Source: an uncultured Muribaculaceae bacterium (GTDB lineage Bacteria > Bacteroidota > Bacteroidia > Bacteroidales > Muribaculaceae). From it: 64,000 nt of DNA. Made by a program: the position numbers and the translations under genes. Each line of letters opens with the position of its first letter. Position 1 is the stretch's first letter. This document shows, one piece after another, positions 36,892 through 46,807 of the stretch. The DNA lies in the NCBI GenBank assembly GCA_947627615.1, contig CANQWS010000005.1, forward strand, positions 26,504 to 90,503. Reading direction: 5' to 3'. The notes under the pieces were generated by a model that was given only the letters and a program-made list of their open reading frames with translations, ran no database searches and was not told the origin of the DNA.

Positions 36892-39800
36892 TCAGGGCTG
36901 TTGCTGCTGTTGCTGCTGGGCCGCATTCATCCGCTGACGGTAGTTGAGCTGACGGTCAAGCCGTACGCCTCGGGCCGAGAGTTCTCGGGTCAGTTTGTCA
37001 GTGTCGCCGCCCAGAGCGCCGAATGACTCGATCAGATCGAGATAATGGATCATGTCGATGTAGCGGTCGGTGTTCTGAAGCGATTCGTACTGGCTGGGGC
37101 TGAGGCTCTGGTAATAGAGGATGTTGCCGGTGAAACGGTCAATCTCGTTGCGGAGCAGGTCAAGCGCCAGCTGAGAATCGGCCTTGTTTCCTGTAGCCTG
37201 ACCTATCACATGGTAGACCTCGGCGACCTGCACGCCCACCTGGGCGGCGAACGGCATTGCCTCTACCGGCAGTTTCTCGAGCATCAGGTTCAGAACGTTG
37301 CGGGCCTTGTCGTAGCGGTCCTTCCGGTAGGTATCAATGGCTTTCTGGTCGGGTCCGGCTATGGAATCGGCCAGACGGGCCTCGTTGACAAGACCAATGG
37401 CGAGGTCAAGCATTGCCGAACGGTTGGTGGTTACCATGCGGCGCACCGTCTCGTCAAGATAGACCTGACCGGGTCCGGTAATCTTGTCGAGGCCGCCCCA
37501 GCGGAAGCGTTCGGTGACGTTGCGGTACATCTTGTCGGTGTTCACGGCCACTCCGTTGTCGGAATTGTTCATCAGCGGGCCAACCTCGTAGGCCAGACCG
37601 GTGTTGCGCATGAACGGAGTCATGCCCATGTAGAAGCGTTCGGGAACGGTCATGGCGAAGTAGACGGGGCGATTCCATCCGGCGGCTGCCGACGATGAAA
37701 GCATGTCAAGCGCCATGATGTTGTTCAGGTAAAGGCCGTTGCGCGTGTTGGGGTTGTTGGCGAAATCGAGCGGTATGGACGGCACCGGTGTGAACGCCGG
37801 GTTGCGCAGGTCGTTGGCCGAGACGCGTCCGTCCTTGAGCATCTTCTCCATGTTGACCGGAATGTACATTCTGGGATGGCGTATAAGCCTTACGTCGAAA
37901 TCATTGTCGGTGGCTTCGTCGCTGTATATCTCGGCCACGGCCTGGGTTGCCGGAACGGAATCGCCGGCCGACATCTGCGGGATTATGTAGGCGAAAGCGA
38001 GGTCTCCGTAAGCGTAGTCCTTGGGCTTGGCCTGAATCGGGATGCCCGGAGCGTCATAGCTCGGACGGCGCAGCTGGTTTATGTACCAGTCGGTGGTCAG
38101 GTATGACAGGTTGACAACCTTGACATCCGTGCGGACGCCCTCCACTTCCTGGGCATACCACAGGGGGAATGTGTCATTGTCGCCGTAGGTGAATATGATG
38201 GCGTTGTCGTCGAGACTGTTGAGGTAGTTCATTCCGAAGTCACGGGCCGTGTATCGTCCCGAGCGGTCATGGTCGTCCCATGTCTGGGACACCACCTGAA
38301 TCGGGACAAACAGACCGATTACCGCGGCAATGGCGGCCGCGATGAGCGATTTGCGTGCCGCGGGCGTGCCGGCGGCGGGTTCGTCGGTGGCTTCGGTGTC
38401 ACGTTCCTTCATCGAGTCGCGCAACGCTCCTGAAATCAGGCGCCAGATGCCGGCCACTCCCATGCCCACCCAGATGGCGTAGGCGTAGAACGATCCGGCG
38501 AAGGCGTAGTCACGTTCACGCGGCTGACCGGGTGTCTGGTTCAGATAGATGACAATGGCTATGCCGGTCATGAAGAAGAGGAAGAACACCACCCAGAACT
38601 GTTCTATGCCGCGGCGGGAGGTGAATGCCTGCCAGCCGAGACCGATTATGCCCATGATGAGCGGGATAAGGAAGAACACGTTGTGTCCGGCATTGCCCTC
38701 GCCTTCCTCGTAGGGGAGAAGTGACTGGTCTCCGAGGCGGGGATTGTCAATGAACGGAATTCCTGAAATCCAGTTTCCGTGGTTGACCTCGCCGTTGCCC
38801 TGTATGTCGTTCTGGCGTCCGGCGAAGTTCCACATGAAGTAACGCCAGTACATGTGGTTGAGCTGGTAGTTCATGAAGAACCGGAAGTTCTCTCCGAACG
38901 TGGGTTTCAGGCGCGGTTCGGTCTGAAGCGAGTTGCCGTTGGCGTCCTGATAGACGGTGGCGTTGACCAGATTGCCCTGCAGACCGCCTATCCAGTCCGA
39001 ATAGGCCTGCTTGTGGTCGGGTTCGCCGCTGTAGATACGCGGGAAAAGCATGTCCAGCTCGGGGCTCATGACATATTCTTTCTTCTCGCCGTACATGTGG
39101 TATTCGTCAGGGTCGCTTTCGGATTCCTTGACTTTCTTGGCATACTGCTTTTCAACAGGTTCGGCGATGATGGTGCCGCTCTCGTCGCGCACAGGCTGTG
39201 ACTCGAAGGTCTGGCCGAAAATCAGGGGCCTGTCGCCGTACTGCTCGCGGTTGAGGTAGGTGGCGAGCGAGAACACGTTGTCAGGTGTGTTCTGGTTCAT
39301 GGGCGTGTGGGCCGACGAGCGTATCAGCAGAAGGGCATAGCTCGAGTAACCCACGAAGATGACCAGTATGCTGATGGATGCGAGCGTCAGGATGCGTATG
39401 GGCAGTTTCTTGGTGATGAAGAGATAAGCGCAGAGGGCGCCGAACAGCACTATGAGTATCAGGAGTCCGTGGCCTATCCAGAAGATTCCTGACAGAAGGA
39501 CTCCGAGAAGGAACGAGATGATTATGCGCGTGCGGCTTTTCTGGCTGTAGAGCTCGTAGATGCTCCAGCAGAACACTCCTACGAGGGTGAAGGCATAGAT
39601 GAGTGCTCCCATGTTGAATGAAAGACCCATGCCGTTGACAAACAGAAGCTCGAAGCGCTGGGCCATCTTTATGAATCCCGGCACGAGTCCGTAGAGAATC
39701 AGGGCCACCACCACAAATGAGATCAGCAGGGCTATGAGAGAGCCTTTGCCGGTGGGGTTGGAGAATTTCCTGTAGTACATCACCAGAACTATGGCCGGTA

Positions 39801-40398
39801 TGCAGAGCAGGTTCAGCAGGTGAACCGCGATGGATATACCTATGATGTAGGCTATCAGCACCAGATATTTGTCGCTGTGGGGCTGGTCGGCACGGCTTTC
39901 CCATTTCAGAATCAGCCAGAACACCAGCGCCGTACAGAACGACGAGAATGCGTAGACCTCGCCCTCAACGGCCGAGTACCAGAAGGTATCGCTCCAGGCA
40001 TACATCAGCGCTCCGCAGAGTCCCGACCCGAATATGACAAGCATTTTGAGAGGGGAAACGCAGGTGGCGTCGTCCTTGACGGTCAGGCGCCTTACGAGAT
40101 GCGTTATGGTCCAGAACAGCAGCAGAATCGTGGCCGCGCTCAGCAGGGCCGACATCATATTGACCATCAGAGCCACTTTGGTGACGTCACCGAAAGCGAA
40201 GTCAGTGAAGAAACGGGCCGTGAGCATGAAGATGGGGTTGCCCGGCGGGTGTCCGATTTCAAGTTTGTAGCCTTGGAGAATGAATTCCGGACAGTCCCAG
40301 AAGCTGGCCGTTGGCTCCAGTGTGAGCAGGTAAGTGACGGCTGCTATCACAAAACAGAGCCATCCCAGGGAGTTGTTGATAAGGTTGTATCTTTTCAT
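36892..40398 (-). CDS. DUF2723 (TMEM260/GT117-like) large multi-TM glycosyltransferase
   Basis: SFWDCPEFI...HPPGNP, SAVEGEVYA, ERDYAFAGSF, FTYGDNDTFPLWY; ends in a Q6 tract. Confidence 0.88.
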   Translation of the reverse strand: MKRYNLINNSLGWLCFVIAAVTYLLTLEPTASFWDCPEFILQGYKLEIGHPPGNPIFMLTARFFTDFAFGDVTKVALMVNMMSALLSAATILLLFWTITHLVRRLTVKDDATCVSPLKMLVIFGSGLCGALMYAWSDTFWYSAVEGEVYAFSSFCTALVFWLILKWESRADQPHSDKYLVLIAYIIGISIAVHLLNLLCIPAIVLVMYYRKFSNPTGKGSLIALLISFVVVALILYGLVPGFIKMAQRFELLFVNGMGLSFNMGALIYAFTLVGVFCWSIYELYSQKSRTRIIISFLLGVLLSGIFWIGHGLLILIVLFGALCAYLFITKKLPIRILTLASISILVIFVGYSSYALLLIRSSAHTPMNQNTPDNVFSLATYLNREQYGDRPLIFGQTFESQPVRDESGTIIAEPVEKQYAKKVKESESDPDEYHMYGEKKEYVMSPELDMLFPRIYSGEPDHKQAYSDWIGGLQGNLVNATVYQDANGNSLQTEPRLKPTFGENFRFFMNYQLNHMYWRYFMWNFAGRQNDIQGNGEVNHGNWISGIPFIDNPRLGDQSLLPYEEGEGNAGHNVFFLIPLIMGIIGLGWQAFTSRRGIEQFWVVFFLFFMTGIAIVIYLNQTPGQPRERDYAFAGSFYAYAIWVGMGVAGIWRLISGALRDSMKERDTEATDEPAAGTPAARKSLIAAAIAAVIGLFVPIQVVSQTWDDHDRSGRYTARDFGMNYLNSLDDNAIIFTYGDNDTFPLWYAQEVEGVRTDVKVVNLSYLTTDWYINQLRRPSYDAPGIPIQAKPKDYAYGDLAFAYIIPQMSAGDSVPATQAVAEIYSDEATDNDFDVRLIRHPRMYIPVNMEKMLKDGRVSANDLRNPAFTPVPSIPLDFANNPNTRNGLYLNNIMALDMLSSSAAAGWNRPVYFAMTVPERFYMGMTPFMRNTGLAYEVGPLMNNSDNGVAVNTDKMYRNVTERFRWGGLDKITGPGQVYLDETVRRMVTTNRSAMLDLAIGLVNEARLADSIAGPDQKAIDTYRKDRYDKARNVLNLMLEKLPVEAMPFAAQVGVQVAEVYHVIGQATGNKADSQLALDLLRNEIDRFTGNILYYQSLSPSQYESLQNTDRYIDMIHYLDLIESFGALGGDTDKLTRELSARGVRLDRQLNYRQRMNAAQQQQQQQP

Positions 40399-40441
40399 GC
40401 GTGATGGTGCAAGAAATTCAGTTTAGTTTGGATTTAACGCG

Positions 40442-40449
40442 CAAAGATA
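40442..40449 (-). promoter_or_regulatory. -7 element (TATCTTTG on - strand) for the DUF2723 gene
   Basis: CAAAGATA on +, 43 nt upstream of the ATG, outside the MITE. Confidence 0.65.
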
Positions 40450-40490
40450 GCGCTTTTGGCTGTTATTTGAAACAAAGATTGCTTTATTTA

Positions 40491-40803
40491 GACCCCGTTC
40501 CCCAATAATTGTTAATGCTTGGGTTGCATATCTCTGAGTGATTTTTGTTTTGTGATGAAGGAGCGTAGCCGTAGCTACGTGACTGAAGAACAAGGCAAAA
40601 GGCCCCGGAGAGATGCGATGCGAATGTTGGATTATACGCCCACACACACAATTTCATGCGCCACAATTCAGTTATATGATTTTAAGAATTTATAACCTGT
40701 TGGATTATATTGTGATATACTACAAATTTATATTCTCAGCTGTCCGTGGCATAAGTTACCATCGCCTCGCCCCAGCGTTGACGAATATTGGGGGAACGGG
40801 GTC
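40491..40803. mobile_element. 313-bp non-autonomous MITE-like element
   Basis: TIRs 40491-40523 and 40770-40803 (first 13 nt perfect GACCCCGTTCCCC; 5 mismatches and 1 gap over 34 nt); TTA direct repeats at 40488-40490 and 40804-40806; AT-rich interior with no transposase. Confidence 0.8.
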
Positions 40804-41535
40804 TTAACGAATAATAGGCCATTTCCACGCCTTCATGGCGCGTATCAGAAGTTTCTCGCGGCCTCCGCAGTAGGTGTCGCAGAGGCTGTGGAAAGCTGCG
40901 GAATGGTCCGCATGGGTCAGATGGGCCAGTTCGTGGCATATCACATATTCCCTGAGTTCGTGCGGCAGAAACAGCAGCGTCGATGACAGGCGTATGCGTC
41001 GCTCCCGGTTGTAGCATGTGCCGAGTGTGCGCACTCCCCTCCCCACTTCCCACGTATCGGGGCCCGCATTCAGCCTCGCGGCTGTTTCCCTGGCCTGCGG
41101 CAGCAGAATCGGGGCCGCCAGATAGCCGGAGGCCTTTTTGATGAGGCCGCTTATGGCGAGATTCACATCCGGTCTTTCAAAATCCAGCACTTTGCCCGCC
41201 TCTATGATTATGTCATGGCCTGTCAGCCTAACTTTAGCCGTGGGGCGGGCGGAGTCCGTCACTTTCACTGTGATTGTACCTTCGGGATATGTGTACGTCC
41301 ATCCGTCATGGTAAAACCCAGCCGATGCCGGCCGTTTCCCCGAGCTCAGACGCGTAATCATTTCCCGCACCCTGCCGAGGGCGAGATCTATGTCGATTCC
41401 TGCCGGCATGCGGGCGGTGTGGCTGCCGTCGGGGTTGCGCCGCAGTGTTATGTTGATGGCCCTGCGCAGAGGAATGAGGGTTACGATGCCCTGCCCGTCA
41501 AGCCTGACGGTAACGGATGAAAAGAGTTTCGCCAT
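40804..41535 (-). CDS. YgjP/DUF45 (M48/SprT-like) zinc-dependent hydrolase
   Basis: LGTC, YVICHELAH (HExxH), DHSAAFH. Confidence 0.88.
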   Translation of the reverse strand: MAKLFSSVTVRLDGQGIVTLIPLRRAINITLRRNPDGSHTARMPAGIDIDLALGRVREMITRLSSGKRPASAGFYHDGWTYTYPEGTITVKVTDSARPTAKVRLTGHDIIIEAGKVLDFERPDVNLAISGLIKKASGYLAAPILLPQARETAARLNAGPDTWEVGRGVRTLGTCYNRERRIRLSSTLLFLPHELREYVICHELAHLTHADHSAAFHSLCDTYCGGREKLLIRAMKAWKWPIIR

Positions 41536-41549
41536 GGGTGGGTGGAGTG

Positions 41550-42431
41550 TCAGCAGCCGTCAATGCCCCAGTGGAGTTTATGGCGCAGGGTGTCTATGAA
41601 ATTATGTCCGGACAGATGGGCCACATTGACGCTGAATCCGGCTTTGGCTATGGAGAGATGGGTGTCGACGGGCAGGGGGGTCGAGCGCCCGTCAATGGCC
41701 ATGAGCATGGTGTGGGTGCGCGATTTGGCCCTTATGTCAATCCTGACATCGTCGGTTATTACCAGCGGACGCATCGACAGCGTGTGTGCCGCCACGGGTG
41801 AAAGCACCAGATTGGATGCGCGCGGCGAGATTATGGGGCCTCCTACCGAGAGATTGTAGCCGGTGGAGCCGGTGGGAGTGGATATTATGAGGCCGTCGCC
41901 GGTTATCGAGGCGAGAAGGTGGCCGTTGAGATATGTGTCGATGGTTATCATGGAAGCGGTGTCCTGTTTCAGGATGGCCACTTCGTTGAGCGCGAACGGT
42001 CGTTGCGGAAGCAATGGCGATGACGACGACACCTCTATGACTGTGCGGGATTCAATGGTGTAGTCCCCTTCCGCTATCTGCTGCGCGGCTGTGTCGGCTG
42101 TGGCTATGTCGGCCGCCGACAGATATCCGAGGTGTCCGGCGTTTATTCCCATGATGGGTGTGCCGGCCGAGGCCACGAGGTTCGCGGTGTGCAGGAAGGT
42201 TCCGTCGCCGCCTATGCTCAGGGCCAGAGTAGGGGGCTCGTCCGTTGAATCCCCTATGGACGTCATCTGTGCGGCCTCGTCGGGAAATTCAGTCCTGAGG
42301 AACTCGAGATAATCCTGCTCGACAGCCAGACGGCAGGCCGGCGCCTGGCCGGTGAGCGCATGCAGAAAACGGCGCAGTTCGTCGAGATGGTCGGTCTGTG
42401 TGGGATTGCCGTAGATGTTTATGCGTGACAT
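41550..42431 (-). CDS. nadK: NAD kinase
   Basis: SIGGDGTFL, GINAGHLGYL, ALNE, DGLIISTPTGSTGYNLSVGGP. Confidence 0.96.
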   Translation of the reverse strand: MSRINIYGNPTQTDHLDELRRFLHALTGQAPACRLAVEQDYLEFLRTEFPDEAAQMTSIGDSTDEPPTLALSIGGDGTFLHTANLVASAGTPIMGINAGHLGYLSAADIATADTAAQQIAEGDYTIESRTVIEVSSSSPLLPQRPFALNEVAILKQDTASMITIDTYLNGHLLASITGDGLIISTPTGSTGYNLSVGGPIISPRASNLVLSPVAAHTLSMRPLVITDDVRIDIRAKSRTHTMLMAIDGRSTPLPVDTHLSIAKAGFSVNVAHLSGHNFIDTLRHKLHWGIDGC

Positions 42432-42465
42432 TGCTGATTGATTGTAGGTTCGCGGTGTTGTGCCG

Positions 42466-42861
42466 TCAGACGCTTATGTGGGCCATCAGTTCGGCCACGC
42501 GTTCGGCGGCCATCCGGTTCATCTCGTCTGTTCCTGAGTTGACGCGCAGGGTGGTGTAGCCGTAGCGTTCCAGAGAGCGGCTCACGGCGCCGGCGTTGCG
42601 GTGCGACACCCGCAGGTCAATGACTATTTCACCCGAGGGGAGTACCTCGGAAGTGACGTTGAGGTTGAGCAGGTGGGCGTCGGCGTCCTCCACGGCGCGT
42701 GCTATGACCGACGCGCTGTAGTCAGCACGATAACAGGCCACTGAGATTTCGCTGCTTTCCGGCTGCTCGGGAAAAAGTCTTCCCTCCGAGTGAAGCGCTG
42801 CGTCTATTCCTGCCTGCGGGGCTGAAAAAAAAACCTGTGATATGTTATCTTTTGATTTCAA
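42466..42861 (-). CDS. Small ACT-like domain protein (resembles the C-terminal half of AcuB-type CBS-ACT proteins)
   Basis: DYSASVIARAVEDADAHLLNL...SLERYGY; only about 35 residues precede it, so no CBS pair is present. Confidence 0.65.
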   Translation of the reverse strand: MKSKDNISQVFFSAPQAGIDAALHSEGRLFPEQPESSEISVACYRADYSASVIARAVEDADAHLLNLNVTSEVLPSGEIVIDLRVSHRNAGAVSRSLERYGYTTLRVNSGTDEMNRMAAERVAELMAHISV

Positions 42862-43006
42862 TCTTTTTTTATTGTGATTTATTCTGACTAATTTTGTAGT
42901 CTGAAAAGTATGCGGATTGCAAAATTAGCAAAAATATTTGTAACGTATGCTATCATTCCAACGGCCCGACAGGCCTGCAAGTTTATTTAACACTAAAAAT
43001 TCTTAG

Positions 43007-43726
43007 ATGACACAGTTAAGTGTAAATATCAATAAGGTTGCCACTTTGCGTAACGCCCGCGGCGAGAACATGCCTGACGTGCAGCGTTTCGCCATGGAGT
43101 GCGAGCGCCTCGGAGCCGATGGCATCACCGTGCATCCCCGCCCCGACGAACGTCACATACGTCACGACGACGTGTTCATGCTTCGCCCGCTCGTCAAGAC
43201 CGAATTCAACATCGAGGGCTACCCTTCCGACGAATTCATGGATCTGGTCCTGAAAATCAAGCCCGAGCAGGTGACTCTTGTCCCGGACGCCCCCGGTGAC
43301 CTTACGAGCCACGAGGGGTGGGACGTGGTTCCCAACATGGAATTCCTTACCGGAATAGTGGACCGTCTGCGTGACGCCGGTATCCGCACGTCGATTTTCG
43401 TGGGCACCGACGTTGAAAACATCAAGGCCGCCGCGCGTACAGGCACGGACCGTGTGGAGCTTTACACCAAGCCCTACGCCGACCTGTTCCCAAAAGACCC
43501 GGAAGCAGCCGTGGCTCCGTACGTCGAAGCCAGCCGTGCAGCCCACCGTGTGGGTCTCGGTGTCAATGCCGGACACGACCTCAATCTTGAAAACCTCGAG
43601 TTTTTCCATAAATCCCTGCCTTACCTCAACGAGGTTTCCATAGGCCATTCCATAATATCCGATGCGCTCTACATGGGCATCGGCGAGACCATCAGCCGCT
43701 ACAAACAGTGTCTGAAGTCAAAGTAA
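43007..43726 (+). CDS. pdxJ: Pyridoxine 5'-phosphate synthase
   Basis: [39 protein letters not shown]. Confidence 0.97.
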   Translation: MTQLSVNINKVATLRNARGENMPDVQRFAMECERLGADGITVHPRPDERHIRHDDVFMLRPLVKTEFNIEGYPSDEFMDLVLKIKPEQVTLVPDAPGDLTSHEGWDVVPNMEFLTGIVDRLRDAGIRTSIFVGTDVENIKAAARTGTDRVELYTKPYADLFPKDPEAAVAPYVEASRAAHRVGLGVNAGHDLNLENLEFFHKSLPYLNEVSIGHSIISDALYMGIGETISRYKQCLKSK

Positions 43727-43783
43727 ATCCGTTTCAAATCATTCAGGTTCAATCCTTTTACCAATTCATCTATCATATCCGCC

Positions 43784-44521
43784 ATGCTCTCACTTTTAGC
43801 ATTCCTGCAGACGCAGACAATGGAAGTAACCGACACAGTGGCCGCAGTGGCCGCCTCCGCCATTCCTGTGGCCACACCCGCAACACCCGTGGCCGCAGAG
43901 GAAACTCTCTCGTTCTGGGAGCTGTGTGTCAAGGGTGGTTTCATCATGATTCCCCTTGCTCTTCTGCTGATTGTTTCAATCTATGTGTTCATCGAACGTT
44001 GGATAGTCATTCGCCGCGCCGCCAAAGACGACGATACGTTCATGAAACGTATCAAGGACTATATACTCGACGGTGATCCGGAATCGGCCCTCACGCTCTG
44101 CAACCGCACCGCCACCCCCTACGCCCGCCTCATATCCAAGGGTATAACCCGTCTGGGACGCCCCATGAACGACGTGCTTGTGGCCATTGAAAACACCGGT
44201 AATATCGAAGTGGCCAATCTCGGCCGCAGACTCCCATGGCTCGCCACAACGGCTGCCGGAGCGCCCATGCTCGGATTCCTCGGAACCGTCTGGGGCATGG
44301 TGCAGGCCTTCTTCAATCTGGCCAAGGCCGGTTCGAGCGCCAATATCGACGTGCTTGCCGGCGGTATCTATCAGGCCCTTGTCACAACCGTGGCCGGTCT
44401 TATAGTCGGTATCGTGGCCCTGTTCGCCTATAATTATCTGGTGGCACGCATCAACGGTGTGATGAACTCGCTCGAGGCCAAGACCATGGAATTCATGGAC
44501 CTGCTCAACGAGCCCGCCTGA
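43784..44521 (+). CDS. exbB: MotA/TolQ/ExbB proton channel protein
   Basis: APMLGFLGTVWGM, GGIYQALVTTVAGL. Confidence 0.92.
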   Translation: MLSLLAFLQTQTMEVTDTVAAVAASAIPVATPATPVAAEETLSFWELCVKGGFIMIPLALLLIVSIYVFIERWIVIRRAAKDDDTFMKRIKDYILDGDPESALTLCNRTATPYARLISKGITRLGRPMNDVLVAIENTGNIEVANLGRRLPWLATTAAGAPMLGFLGTVWGMVQAFFNLAKAGSSANIDVLAGGIYQALVTTVAGLIVGIVALFAYNYLVARINGVMNSLEAKTMEFMDLLNEPA

Positions 44522-44556
44522 TTGTCCAACCATTCTAATCCACTTATCGAACTGTC

Positions 44557-44994
44557 ATGGCACTAAAACGTCAATATGACATGACCTCGCTTTTCTCGAT
44601 GGCTTCGATGACCGACGTCATTTTCCTGCTGCTGATTTTCTTCATGGTGACGAGTACGTTCGTTTTCCCCACAGCCCTTGAAGTGAATCTGCCGCAAAGC
44701 TCCGAGCAGACGGCTATCAAGCCGTCGACGAGGGTCTATGTCGATAAAAACAAAGTGATCTACGCTTCTTTCGCCGAAGAGTCCGGTGAGCCTCAGCCCA
44801 TGAGCATGCAGCAGCTTGTAGGGTTCATCCAGGTTATGCGCCAGAAGGGCACTTCGGAGGATTTCATAGCAATCTATGCCGACGAGGAAGTGCCCTACGG
44901 CACTCTTGTCGAGATTCTTGATTTAGGTGCCCGCAACGGCCTCAAAATGGTGCTCGCCACCAAGCCTGCGCCTTCAACCGCTATGCCTCAATGA
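44557..44994 (+). CDS. exbD: ExbD/TolR biopolymer transport protein
   Basis: SMTDVIFLLLIFFM, ADEEVPYG. Confidence 0.92.
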   Translation: MALKRQYDMTSLFSMASMTDVIFLLLIFFMVTSTFVFPTALEVNLPQSSEQTAIKPSTRVYVDKNKVIYASFAEESGEPQPMSMQQLVGFIQVMRQKGTSEDFIAIYADEEVPYGTLVEILDLGARNGLKMVLATKPAPSTAMPQ

Positions 44995-45815
44995 AATCCA
45001 CTGATAAAAAAAGACTGACAACCGAGCAACGCACCCGTCTCATCGCTGCACTGGCAACCCTCCTTGTGGTCATTGCCATAGGTGTGGCTGTGTTCCTGAC
45101 GCGGTTGAGCTACCTGCCCATGTCGCAGCAGACGTGGCCTCCGGTCGATTCGTCGGAGCTTCTCTTTGAAGGCGAGTATGTCATGACCGGCGATATAGCC
45201 ACCCCCGAAGCCGAAGCTACGGAACCGGCCCAGGACGCGGCTATTGAAGAGCCGGCCACCGACGGGCTCGACATGACGAACGAAGGCGAGCCTGCGCCCG
45301 CACCCAAGCCTCCGGTGACCTCCGAGCAGCCATCGCCCATGAAGGTGACACCTCCGAAGCAGGAGCCTAAGACAGGCCCGTCAAAGGCCGAACGCGAGGC
45401 GCTTGCAGCCAAGGAAAAGGCCGAGAAGGAGACCCAGCAGAAAATAGCCGGGCGCATGAAATTCGGCTCCAATTCATCGACGGGCAAGGGCGACGGCAAG
45501 AGCGGTTCGTCTGACGGCAATTCATCAACCGGAGCGCTTTCGGGAATGCCGGGTTACAGCCTGACGGGCCGCACGCTTGCCCACTGGGTTCTTCCGGCCA
45601 AAACGGCGCCCAACGGCGTTGTCACCGTCCGCGTGGTGGTGAATCAGCAGGGCGCGGTGATAGAGGCGAGTGTAAAAAGCTCAACCGGAGCCGCTGCCAA
45701 CGAAGCCGTGCGAAATGCCTGTATCGTGGCCGCCAAAAAATCGAAATTCTCCGTGAAACTCGACGCTCCGGCCCGACAGACGGGTACCATCACTTACAAA
45801 TTCGTTTCCCGCTGA
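44991..45815 (+). CDS. tonB: TonB/TolA-like energy transducer
   Basis: N-terminal TM, Pro/charged linker, TonB_C-like end (GVVTVRVVVNQQG...QTGTITYKF). Confidence 0.8.
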   Translation: MKSTDKKRLTTEQRTRLIAALATLLVVIAIGVAVFLTRLSYLPMSQQTWPPVDSSELLFEGEYVMTGDIATPEAEATEPAQDAAIEEPATDGLDMTNEGEPAPAPKPPVTSEQPSPMKVTPPKQEPKTGPSKAEREALAAKEKAEKETQQKIAGRMKFGSNSSTGKGDGKSGSSDGNSSTGALSGMPGYSLTGRTLAHWVLPAKTAPNGVVTVRVVVNQQGAVIEASVKSSTGAAANEAVRNACIVAAKKSKFSVKLDAPARQTGTITYKFVSR

Positions 45816-45826
45816 CGCTGTAGCCG

Positions 45827-46807
45827 TTATTCAGGCTTCCTGCGGCTGTTTCCCACAGCCGGTGCCGAATCGCGGTTCACAAAGTACACTCCGATGAAAA
45901 TCAGCGCTGTGGCCGCGAGCTTCAGCCATCCGAATTCCCCTACCCCTATAATCACGGCTATAATGGCCGCCACTACCGGCTGCAGATAATTGTAGACGCA
46001 TACCACCGTTGGCCGCAGATAGCGCTGGGCAAGAGGGAGCATCAGGAAGCTGAAACAGCTTGCGAACAGAATGATGAACGCTATGGAGCCCCATGTTTCC
46101 GGTCCTACTGCCGTCCACGGCACGCGGATGAGTTCCGGCAGGCAGCATGGGCCGTAGGTCAGTGCTGACAGATAGAACATCCATTTGGTCATGGTGAACG
46201 GCGAATAACGTCGCGTCAGGCCTATGCATGTCACATAGTAGACCGCGGCACACACCTGCGCCGCCAGACACAGAATGTCGCCCAGCACGGGATTTGACGC
46301 TATCGTTGCTGAATTGCTGTCGTTTACAAGGAGTACAACGCCCCCGAGACCTATGATTACACCGATAAATTTGTGTCGTGTGACCGGAATTCCCAGCACC
46401 AGAGCGGCAAGAATCATGGTGATCATCGGCGTGGTGGAGCACATCACGGCTGAGTCTATAGGGCTCGTAAAGCCTACTCCCATAATGTACAGCCCCTGAT
46501 TTGCGCTTATGAGCAGCGTTGCCGCAAGCAGCAGATGCAGCCAGTCGCCGCGCCTGATTTTCTCGCGTGGCGCCACTGACTGCGGCAGAATGCGCGCCAG
46601 CAGGAAAAACACCGCTGCGGCTCCCGTTATGCGTATGGCCGAAAGTGCCAGCGGCGAGATCTGTCCCTGAATCAGGATGCTTTTCGAGACCGGAGCAAGC
46701 GCTCCCCACGCTATATTGGCAAGAAGCAGAGCCAAATGACTCTGCTTCTCGCGTAAGGTTAATCCGGTTTTCCCTGCGGAGGGTCCGGTTATTGTTTCAC
46801 GTTCCAT
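45827..46807 (-). CDS. DMT/EamA family transporter
   Basis: About 10 TM in two EamA repeats (NIAWG, YNYLQP). Confidence 0.9.
   Translation of the reverse strand: MERETITGPSAGKTGLTLREKQSHLALLLANIAWGALAPVSKSILIQGQISPLALSAIRITGAAAVFFLLARILPQSVAPREKIRRGDWLHLLLAATLLISANQGLYIMGVGFTSPIDSAVMCSTTPMITMILAALVLGIPVTRHKFIGVIIGLGGVVLLVNDSNSATIASNPVLGDILCLAAQVCAAVYYVTCIGLTRRYSPFTMTKWMFYLSALTYGPCCLPELIRVPWTAVGPETWGSIAFIILFASCFSFLMLPLAQRYLRPTVVCVYNYLQPVVAAIIAVIIGVGEFGWLKLAATALIFIGVYFVNRDSAPAVGNSRRKPE

Noticed and set aside
36895-36912. CAG/CAA poly-Gln tract at the DUF2723 C-terminus as a contingency repeat
   Set aside because: Short, in-frame, mixed codons and at the extreme terminus.
45831-46709. 292-aa same-strand alternative-frame ORF over the EamA gene (also 57690-58523)
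   Set aside because: Arg/Ser/Ala-rich frame-shift shadows with no recognisable domain.
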